33,000 nucleotides of DNA from assembly GCA_964247055.1 (NCBI GenBank), contig OZ176054.1, forward strand, positions 6,634,001 to 6,667,000, read 5' to 3'. Below are positions 9,556 through 19,345 of this stretch, piece after piece. The notes beneath the pieces are model-generated. The model was not told the origin of the DNA and searched no databases. It was given only the letters and a program-made list of their open reading frames with translations. How positions within the stretch are numbered: position 1 is the stretch's first letter; every line of letters starts with the position of its first letter. Origin of the DNA: Paragordius varius. Its lineage: Eukaryota > Animalia > Nematomorpha. The position numbers were made by a program, and so were the translations under genes.

Positions 9556-10058
9556 ATGTCAGCTACTGAACGCACATTTTTGGCTATAAAGCCCGATGCT
9601 GTTAGTCGTGCTTTTATTGGCAAAATTATTACAAGATTCGAAGATAAAGGCTACAAATTAATTGGGATGAAGTTCATGTCGGTAGTCCAATATTTTATTT
9701 TAGGCATCCACACAACTCCTGGAAAAGCATTATCAAGATTTGAAAGATAAACCTTTCTTTAAACCTTTGGTCGAATATATGGCATCAGGGCCTGTTGTTG
9801 CAATGGTTTGGGAAGGGGCAAATATAGTCAAAACTGCACGGCAGATGTTGGGTGCAACTAATCCGTTAGAATCGAATCCTGGTACTATAAGAGGTGACTA
9901 TGCGATTGCTGTTGGAAGGTTTTTCATAAATTTATTTTAGAAATATAATACATGGTAGCGATTCAGTAGCCAGTGCCGAAAAAGAAATAGCTTTATGGTT
10001 TAAGAATGATGAACTTGTTAAATGGGATCGCATTGATAAAAAAATGATATATGAATAG
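9556..10058 (+). CDS. ndk: Nucleoside diphosphate kinase, group I (NME1/2-like), 152 aa, 3 exons
   Basis: Exons 9556-9681, 9704-9918 and 9941-10058 (126+215+118 nt = 153 codons including TAG). Protein: [20 protein letters not shown]|[40 protein letters not shown]|[12 protein letters not shown]. Catalytic His118 (IHGSD) is intact. Both introns are 22-nt GT-AG. Confidence 0.97.
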
Positions 10059-10113
10059 TACATTTTATATTAAAATTTGGTCATATGATGATTAAGTCAT
10101 TAATTATTTAATC

Positions 10114-10119
10114 AATAAA
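10114..10119 (+). promoter_or_regulatory. Candidate polyadenylation signal for NDK
   Basis: First AATAAA, ~55 nt after the stop codon. Confidence 0.4.
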
Positions 10120-10307
10120 TTATTTGCTTTAATATAATACGTTTTTGTGAAATATAAGCATTTATTTGATCGAATTGTATAAAGGAAAATTTATTAGCAT
10201 GTAAAAATTTAATCGGTTGAAAATATAATTAATTATCTGATAATGCGCACTGTAATTTGTTTCCATATTTTTAAATAAGATTGCTCATTTCAAACTTTTA
10301 CCTATAT

Positions 10308-12381
10308 CAGTGATAATCACCCAAAAAATTTGATACTGGCCAAATAAAATACATTTTTTTCGAGGGCCATGAACCTTATAATGACAAATCCATAGATATT
10401 TGACACATATGCACGCATTTATACTCTAAATCAGCACAATGAATTTTTTGCGGAATATAAATTCAGCTAAAAACTTGTATTGCATCATTTAATTTTAAAA
10501 ATAAAATTATTAACCAATAATTTTTGACAAATTTGGTTTCGCTTGAGAGGCCAATTTTAATACGTCGTCCATATGATCCTCAGTTAAGCGATTTCTGTAT
10601 GCATTCTTGGCATACTTCTTTTTTGTATATGCCGTCTCACACGGGTAAGTTGGGGGAAAAACAGTTGGAATAACTTGAGCACATTTTTTTATATTCATTT
10701 GTCTCCATCTTGCCAAAACTTTACATATCTTTTTTCTCTACGATTCTCCTTGATTATAGCCTCTAAATCGGAATTTTTAAAATCTACGAATTCTTCAATG
10801 ATATGCGCCAGATCAAATCCGAAATGCTCAAGTTGCTTAATATTGGATATCATAGCCATGGATTTTCAACCAGTATTAAATAATTTTTAAATTTTTTTAA
10901 TTCTTAAAATCTGAATTTCATCTTAATAGTAAAAATGTTAAATTATTGTCTATTATTAAATTAATCCCTGCGGTAAATTCCATATTTTCTTGATGAATAG
11001 TTTTAAGTAATGGAAAATATAGGAGTGTTTTAATAAAATTTTAATTATTAGTTTTTCTTCAAAAGCAAATTGATTAGCAAATTGGGTTATTATTTTGCTC
11101 TCTAAATTTAAAAGTAATGTCGCAAAGTTAGGCTAATAAACCCACCATTTGTCAGTATTAATTTCCTAGTCAAACTTTCTGTTATCTTTTTCAAATAATA
11201 TAATTTCATATAAAATCTATTTAATACTTTGCTAAGGCTTAGCCATGTCACAGATTGAACTAAAGAACATCAAGCTCACTGTAGATATCTTTCAGAAGGT
11301 TTTTGTATTTACGGCGGTTGAGTTCTCTGCCACGGTGTGGTTCACTATATCCGCAACCGTTTGAATTACTGAATTGAGTGATTCATCTTTTACACGCGAA
11401 ACCAAGTTTTGCTGATGAATAAAGCAGTGAAAGGATAAAATATTTTGCAAATTTTATTTGTTTTTTAATAGAGGAATAAACTCTTTGTTTATTCCAATCA
11501 TAGAGGGACAGCCATCTGTGCAGATCGAAACCAATTTTTCATAGACATACCATTATTGTCGAAAAGTGCTTATTATTTCGAGAAAATCACTTCTTGTGGT
11601 ATTATTCATTGGTAAAATTTTAAATATTCGGTAATTTTCTGGTATTGTTCCTTAATCTTTTTATATTATTCGTTTCTTTTTTCATGATTTTCTGATAATT
11701 TATGAGAATGATGGATTTTAAAATGTCTTTCAATATTGTATTTTTTTTAATTATGTTTTTCTAACATAAGGCAGGTAACAACATTTTTATTTAAAACGCC
11801 AAAAAAGTTTTCTTCCCATTCTTTTTAAAGGAGCGAATTTCATCGGATAATTTGCGTTTTTTTAGCATTAGTCATTCTTTAAATTTATGTTCAAATATTA
11901 TGTAAATTTTTTCAAAAAAAATAATACAATTTGAATTATGTTATAAAAAAACAGGTCGAAATTAAATGATGTTGATTCGAAAAATATTTTATGGACGTGT
12001 TTAAATGAGGCAGTATAACAATGAAAAGAATATGTATATGCAAGTTTGGGTGAAAGGCTTGCTCAAATACAAAAAATGAATGCAATAAAAATTTTAAAAT
12101 AGAAAAGAAAATAGAATACTGAAACAAAACGTTTGCCAAAATTCGAAATCATTTTATTGTAGGGAAATATTTCTACATTTCAAATTGGATAAAAAATACA
12201 AATTACCAAAAATAAATCTGAAGAAAATAAATTAATATTAAAATAAGCGAAAATTCGTTTATGTGTATTTTAAAAATTCATCAATTAAAAAAATAATTTA
12301 AGTGTCAATATTTTCATAGAGCAATTTTAAAGCACTCTTAGGGCCGCATGCGGCCCGCGGGCCGCGGTTTGAGTACCACCG
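10308..12381 (-). mobile_element. hAT (Buster/Charlie/SPIN-type) transposon, internally deleted
   Basis: Termini are cagtg.. (10308) and ..gcggcccgcgggccgcggtttgagtaccaccg (12381). The flanking 8-mers acctatat / acatatat match at 7/8 with a central TA, as expected for a Buster-type TSD. Confidence 0.85.
10510..11875 (-). pseudogene. hAT transposase (GTF2IRD2/EPM2AIP1-like family), degenerate
   Basis: Minus-strand pieces read MTNAKKRKLSDEIRSFKKEWEE, YNIERHFKIHH, LVSICTDGCPSMIG, FHCFIHQQNL, WLSLSKVLNRFY and TYPCETAY..KNAYRNRLTEDHMDDVLKLA. It has frameshifts, stops and a large internal deletion. Confidence 0.88.
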
Positions 12382-12515
12382 ACATATATGGTAAAAATTA
12401 ATTGGGATACAGCTTATAGGACAAAAATACTGGTGAATATTTTTTTTATTTTAAGGGCCTTGCCCCATATAATACCGACAATAACTGAATAATGCTTAGA
12501 ATTTATACGACGCAT

Positions 12516-13202
12516 CAGTGATGTTCACTTCACTGTACCAAAAGAACTGGCCCTTAATAAATATTTGATATACTTATTCATAGTAAAAATATTTGCATAT
12601 AACAGTTGTCAGTTATATATTTGCACCGGCCTTGCTTCAAAAAAATGGTGAGTAGCCACTGCTCTAAATCAGTACTTCCAATTTAGGAAACGCACGTTCG
12701 CACCTTAAATGTCTCTTGTGTCATAAGTAGCAAAAAATGAAAATATTTTAACCAATATTTATTAGTGATCTTGTTTAGCGTGATGACAAACCAATTTTAC
12801 TATGTCATTGGGCTTTATCAGCGATTTCAATAAAAATAAATCTTCATTTTTGAATATTCTGCCTCTCGGTGAAAGTTTAGGGAAAACTAAGATAGGATGA
12901 GCACATTTTTATTTTTAGGTTGGAACATCTTGCCAAAACAACAAACCATTCTTTTTTGCGATTATCTTTGAATATAGCTTTTAAATTGTGGAATTATTTT
13001 TGAATCTAGGAACTATTTAACAAGATGCCCATGATAAAAATGTAATTAAGTTACTCTAGTATATCCGTATGCCATGGTTTTTTGGCGAGTTTTTAGCAAG
13101 TTTTATTATTTCCTAATCCCCTGAATCAAAATTTATTTCATTAAATAAAAATGTTAAATCAGGGTACCAAACATTCGACCCCTAAAAAATTTTGACAGCC
13201 TG
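12516..13202. mobile_element. Cluster of further hAT remnants, including a second transposase C-terminal fragment on the minus strand
   Basis: hAT-type termini at 12516 (cagtg), 12661 (ccactg), 12670 (cagta), 13160 (cagggtaccaaac) and 13202 (ttgacagcctg). 12890-13085 is homologous to 10670-10870. Confidence 0.6.
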
Positions 13203-13363
13203 CAAATTAGTACGATATGTATATAACATTTTTTAATAAAAAAAATAGTAAGATTATAATTATCAATCATTTACTTTTTAAGAACTTATTTTTATTAATA
13301 ATTTAAGCAGAGTATATCTTTTATATTTTACAACACCAATAATTGTCCGTAAATAATTACAAT

Positions 13364-13559
13364 CATGTATCCTTTATTTTACCAAAAATTTATTTTTTTT
13401 TTCATTAAATGGGTATAAATATTTGGTAAAGAATGGATAAAATAAGAGCTCTATGGTTATTCTTAGAATTTTTTAATGATATGTGTTAAAACCATAGAGC
13501 TCTTGTTTTCCCATTCTTTAACAACCATATGACGAAAGAAAATAAATTATAAAGTATAC
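13364..13559. mobile_element. Palindromic (fold-back) MITE, copy 1
   Basis: A ~30-bp inner stem (aaagaatgg..aagagctctatggtt / aaccatagagctctt..ccattcttt, 13428-13519) surrounds a ~30-nt loop, with looser outer arms. A second copy lies at 32839-33000. Confidence 0.7.
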
Positions 13560-14363
13560 TTGACTGAATTTCAAGGCTTTTAATTATTTATATGTACCCT
13601 TTAACTAGATATCATAGAATATTAAAAGTTGTTTACAATAAAAATTATTATTCTTTTAATTATATAGACGGAAACAAAGATAATATATAAAAAATTTTAT
13701 TACAGATAGATCAATTTTTTGATTAAAATTTAAGAAATCAGAAAATATCTTTCCAAATTATGCCAACGTTATAAACAAAAATTTAAATAATGCGTAGATA
13801 CGTGGTCTTTTTTTACTGACTGATGGAAACGTATTAAAATATTTATTTCCATATGTTATATTTTAATGAGGCCCGCGTAGCCATGTGGGCCTGGTCTTAA
13901 ACTACCCTTTACTACTTCTTGTGTCTTTTTTGAATGTTGGAAAGAAATTTTTTACTTATAAAATATTCTTATATACAGTAGCGTATGCCTTAAAACAATG
14001 TAAATCCAATAGAGTAAAATTTTTTTTAAAAAACAACCCTAGTTGTATATGCACATACCCATATTATCCCCTTGTTTTAAAAAAACATTTTTTTATTGGA
14101 TATTGTTTACGCTGAAGTGTGATTGTATTATTATATATGGAATAATTTTTTTATTCTTTTATGACTACCATTGTTTTATGCCATACTCTACTATATGATT
14201 AATTTTTATTAAGATGATATTTTTCTCTAGACCATTGAAATCATTTAGTTTATCAATGATGTCTCACAGGTAAGCCAAAACACACCTTTTGCTATCGATG
14301 TCCAAACTTTCTGCCATATATGAATAAAAAACATAAACTCCGTTATCAGCGCAACCGTTTTAA

Positions 14364-14924
14364 CACATGGATACAACACATTCTTTCAGTTCTTTGACTC
14401 AAATTGGGGTAGTTGGATACCCCAGGCCTGTTTAAAATTAAATAATTCAAAAAATATGGAGTGAATTGAAACCATGGCAAAAATTTGCACTTATCAAACA
14501 TTAATAAACCGAAATATATAAAAAAATTTATTCAAAAATACTTGATATTAACTTTTTTTAAGCTAAAACCGCAAGGTAAAAATTTAGTCAACATGACAAG
14601 TGTGCATTAGATAAATTTGGAAATAATACAAAATAAACTACTTTTTATGTTTCTATCAATTTTAGATGTGATTTAAATGAAAAGTAGCTTTAATCTTGGC
14701 TATGAAATTAAATAAGTTTTTGCAGAATAAAAGTGGCGTCGAACTAGTTTGATATGAAACTTTTTTTTCAAAATTATTTATTTAGATATTTTGGCTTATT
14801 TATATATTTTTTATTAAGATAGAAGCATAAAATTAAATTGGAACGGTTTCTTTCATTAGTTTTTTATAAATATCAACTTAAATATTGTCTGGTGTTTTTT
14901 GATACCCCAATTTGAATCGAAGTG
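14364..14924 (-). mobile_element. TTAA-flanked piggyBac-like MITE, copy 3
   Basis: TTAA at 14360-63 and 14925-28. It is the reverse complement of copies 1, 2 and 4, with both termini intact. Confidence 0.85.
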
Positions 14925-15781
14925 TTAATTATATATTTTAGGCGCGAAAGTATATTGATGGATAAAACAATGCAAGGATGTAAAAGATTAGATTGTCTTT
15001 TATTAATCCCAATCCTAGAAGTACAACTATAGATAGAGTCTAATTCATTTAATTAGTAAGTGATTATGTCGAGAATCATTGCACATGGTGGTAATTATCG
15101 TAGGTAAGAATTTGAATATTTTTCATATCTTGTGATTACAAAATCTTACTATATTACACATTTAGGCGGAACCAATTATACTGGGATATTTGAGATTTCT
15201 CAAAGCTTTAATGTTTTATTAATTATAAATTTAGCCGTATATTATGCACATTTATCTTCAAATCCACATAAATGGTCTATTGGTAATACAGTCCTATGGT
15301 TGGTTCTAAGATAGGTAAAATCGTTTAATTTCGACCATTTGTTGTTTTGTTACTCATATCTTATTGTATTTCCGATTGTCTAATATAAATGTGCATGTAT
15401 CATGGCGTTGAGCACATGTTGATCTAGAAAGCCGAATTATCATTGATATAACATTATTATGAAATTTTTTAAATAGGGCAACCACTAAATTATACTTTCA
15501 TTTCCTTGTCGCATCGGTAAAGGTTAAATATTTTTTAGCATAACAAATTTCATCTGAAGATGCTAGGACATAGTAAATTTTTGTGTAATTGTTTAACCTT
15601 TTTAATTTTATTATAATTGTGATTAGGCATATTTTAAGAATCTGGATTGTAATGTGTCGTTTGACTGTTAATTGTTTTCCTATAACTGAGGTAATTCTAT
15701 TTTTAAAGGAAAGAATCGGATAATTTCTCTTTTATAGATACCATCTTTACTTAATATTTAAAAATATTATTAGTTAGATTA

Positions 15782-15930
15782 TGGTAATAGTAGGTCAGGC
15801 GCCGGACTCTTCAGTGTGTGTGTGTTATTGTAAGTGCCAGAGTTCGACACCTGAAACCACGCAAATCTTTCATTGACAGCCCTGGGCAGGCGAGAGTTGA
15901 CCTTCACAAGTCCTAATACAACACAAGTCC
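15782..15930 (+). other. Possible degenerate tRNA-derived SINE head
   Basis: A-box-like tggtaatagtagg, ggcgccggactctt (tRNA D/anticodon-arm-like), a (GT)n tract, B-box-like gagttcgacacc, then ccctgggcag. Each motif is imperfect. Confidence 0.25.
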
Positions 15931-16114
15931 TTACCCTCTATTAAAAATGGAATAGACTTTAAACTGTATATTTTTATTGGTAAAATTTTAAAAAATAATA
16001 TTTGTTGTAGTTTTTGCCAGTTTAACTACAAAAATATGTGAGTAAAAAGTTCGCAGACGATTAACTTGACACAGAGCCACGGCCAAAAAGTGGCGTTTTG
16101 TTTTTATCATAATC

Positions 16115-16950
16115 ATGTCAAATTTGCATGAAAAATAACATTTGCGGTCAGAAATACTTTTCTTCTTTCATCAAAAGAAAAGGAGTGTGGAGAGTAATCC
16201 TTTACTGGAAACATATGGCAGACTTATTTATCGATGAGAAGTATAACATGGTTTCTATTCATGTGATTTCCATTTGAAATAGAATGGGTGGTCTAGAGTG
16301 CAAGATTTATTGGATAATGACTAAGCTTAAACTCAACGTCATTTGGCAAAAGCTGACATGTATCACAAAAAACAATCAGTACACATATACGAGGAAAGAA
16401 AACCCAATAAAATTGTGGATTTCACACAATATGAAGGAATCTCAGATCGAACCGAAATATAAGAAGTGGCATTATTTTGTACATGAACAGAAAATGTGGC
16501 TTTCGTCTTGCCAAGCCAATCTAAAACCAGTTCAGATCGCTCTGGAAAGACATGTCTATGTCCGGTGGAACTAGTGGGGTATGGTGTATTTTGAATTATG
16601 ACCAGTAAAACGGTTAATTAACAACGCTATATCTAGATTATTAATTTTAACCATGCATTAATCAAAAAATGACCTGAATGGAGCAGCAGACATGCAAAGT
16701 GATTTTATATGAAAATACTCCGTATCAAACATCAAAACCAGCGAATGACACCTTCTTTGATGAGATTATTTTCTTATCCACCGTACTCTTCTGACCAAGC
16801 GCTATCTGACTATTAACTTTTCGCGTAAATGGGAAAGACGCTAGCAGAGTTACAGTTTAAAAATTTTGATGTCGTAAAATGGGTTGGCTGCAAAAGACAA
16901 TCAGTTTTTCTGGCATGGCATTCATATATTATGTGAAATTTATATACTTT
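16115..16950 (+). pseudogene. mariner transposase remnant (Mos1/mauritiana-like)
   Basis: Pieces read MSNLHEK..HLRSEILFFFHQKK..LLETYG, GKTCLCVRWN*WGMVYFEL, NHAL.KK.PEWSSRH.KVIL, PPYSSDQALSDY*LFA.MGKTLAELQFKNFD and KD.QFFWHGIH, collinear with Mos1. TIRs were not resolved. Confidence 0.85.
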
Positions 16951-17141
16951 CAAAATTACGTGTTTTTTACCACAGATTTCATTAATATCATAATTTTATT
17001 AAAAAAAATCAGTTTTTATGAGATTAAATAAAACTAACATGTTTTAAGTGTGGGTAAAAGCTATGCCAAAATAACAAAAGGCAAATTTGGATTTAAAATC
17101 AAGGAATGTAAAGATATTACACAAACACAAACTACGTGTAA

Positions 17142-17381
17142 AAGGGCTGGCCAACATGAGCGAAAAATGAAATTCCATATTCGCAAAAATATGATCACAA
17201 AATCTTGTAAATTTTTTAAACAATTTTAATAATAAAGTCTATCTGGCAACGAACTAGTCAAAAAATGTTATAGTGTGTTTGCATTTTACAGTCTTATGTT
17301 AGACATCCAATAATTATTGAATGCGCATGTATATTTTAAATGCGACCTATGCGGCACGTGAATTCGTTTTAGGCACCCCTG
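17142..17381. mobile_element. hAT MITE
   Basis: Termini agggctggccaac / ggcacccctg with a subterminal gcggcacgtg. No TSD match. Confidence 0.55.
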
Positions 17382-17810
17382 GTCTGATATATCAATATAA
17401 ATATAGTATTCACAGTTCTGTTGGCCAATTTGTAATACAGCGTTATGAAATAAAAAAAATTGTCCATAATTAAATAAATAAATTTAATGTTGTGAGAAAA
17501 AAATGTTTATTTTAACCATTTGTTGTTTCTTACCCATATGCTATTTGTATGGTCAAAAAATTGCGATGAATTAGCCAACAACGTGCATAATGTAATAAAG
17601 AATAAATCCGGAAATTCTTTTCATAATTTTTTTATAATATTGAAAACATCAAAACCCGATATTATATTTTGAATACTATAATGTCGATTCGTAGTTATAC
17701 CTATTTTTAAGGCGATACATTTTTTAATTATAATAAACTAGAGGTCATTGTCAAGGTCTTTTAGGGCCGCATGCACCGTTGATTGAGATTTTAGTACCAT
17801 TGTTTTTAAT

Positions 17811-18097
17811 CACGGGTGTCCAACACAAATGATTTGTGGGGGGGCATTTCGAGTCCAAACGATGGACAGCATTCGAAATATATATGGGCATCCATAAATA
17901 TTTAATTTTATTTTAAACCTAAAACTTCAGAAAGAAAACGGAAAGCAAATTTTCTCCTTATTGCTTTGGGATAGACTTATTAAGAAAAAAATGTCTATCT
18001 TATCAATAATACAAGATTTTGTGAATATATTTTATATGAATTTCAAATTTTTCGGCCGCACAGAAAGACTCGGAGGGCCGCGTTTAGTCCACCCCTA
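17811..18097. mobile_element. hAT MITE, preceded 8 bp upstream by the end of another hAT element (ending 17802)
   Basis: Termini cacgggtgtccaac / ggagggccgcgtttagtccacccct. The upstream element end (tagggccgcatgc..agtaccattg) resembles 12340-12381. Confidence 0.6.
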
Positions 18098-18103
18098 CTT
18101 TAA

Positions 18104-18671
18104 TACCTCGATTCAAATTGAGGTATTTAAATACCTTAGACTGCATTTAAGTTAGGATTTCTAAAAAAATACGGTAGGAAACGATCCCAATTTAAATTTA
18201 TGCTTTTATCCTAATAAAATATAAATATGCCAAATTATCTAAATAAAATTTGTTTTTTTAAAAAAAGTTCCATATCAAACTACTTCGACGCCATTTTTAT
18301 TTTATAAAAATTTTGCAAAATATCGTCTTCATTTAATTTTAAGGGTAAAATTAAAGGTAATTTTTTAATTAAATACATCTAACATTGATTGAAATAGAAA
18401 AAGCGGTTTATTTTTTATTATTTTTTAATTACCATTTAACATATGTCACGTTACGAAATTTCTACGTTTCAGTTTTAGCTTAAAATAGTAATATCAAATA
18501 TTTTTGAATAAATTTTTTGTTATATATTTCGGTTTATTAATGTTATATAAGTGCCTAATTTTACCCTGGTTTTGATTCCTTCCATATTTTTAAAGAATTT
18601 AATTTACAGGCCTATGGTATCCTACCCTAATTTGAATTGAAGGACTGAAATGAATGTGTTATATCCAAGTG
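18104..18671 (+). mobile_element. TTAA-flanked piggyBac-like MITE, copy 4
   Basis: TTAA (18100-03) tacctcgattcaaattg ... atccaagtg TTAA (18672-75). Confidence 0.85.
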
Positions 18672-18797
18672 TTAAACAAACAATATTTAGATCAACAGAT
18701 AAATTTAATATGATTAATTATTAAGATTATAAATATTACAAATAAACTTAGAATTGTTTCTTTCCCCTAAACGACCCATAGAAAAATTTGTCTACAG

Positions 18798-19109
18798 CAG
18801 GGTTGTCTAACTTGAGGCCTTCGGTAATAAGAAAATACGTTTTGTTGGGCATGCCATTTTTATTCCTGTTTATATAATTAGCAAAAATTTTCTAATCAAA
18901 GATGTCCATAACTCTAATTTAAATACAGCTTTCCAAATTTTTAAGGCATTTTCTCTATTAAATTAATTTTAGAATAGCGATTGTATTTTAAAAATTACAG
19001 CATGTTTTCATTTCAATAAATTCATGAGCCAAGTATTATATTGTCTATGCGCCCGCCATTTTTTTGGCGAAAATGCGGCATGTGAAACAATTTGTATTGG
19101 ACAACACTG
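18798..19109. mobile_element. hAT MITE upstream of PDIA4
   Basis: TIRs cagggttgtctaa / ttggacaacactg (11/13). The flanks gtctacag / gtcttatg match only partly. Confidence 0.7.
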
Positions 19110-19345
19110 GTCTTATGGTCCAAGAATGAGTTTCGGTCTTAGGCCGGACTTGATATGGTTACTGGGAATAAAATTTTTATTTGCATTATTATAAAAATCT
19201 TTCAAATAATATAATGCTCAATAAGAGGCAATAATTTTATCCAAAAAATTTGCCCTTAGAAAATGTTGTATTTTTAACACATGATGTAACATATGTTATG
19301 TTACCTAAAAACCTATATTCAGACATTCGCAAACACAGAATTGCC

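Noticed and set aside
10675-12139. ORFs 10675-10890 (+) and 11936-12139 (-)
   Set aside because: The first is antisense to the hAT transposase and the second lies in its non-coding subterminal region.
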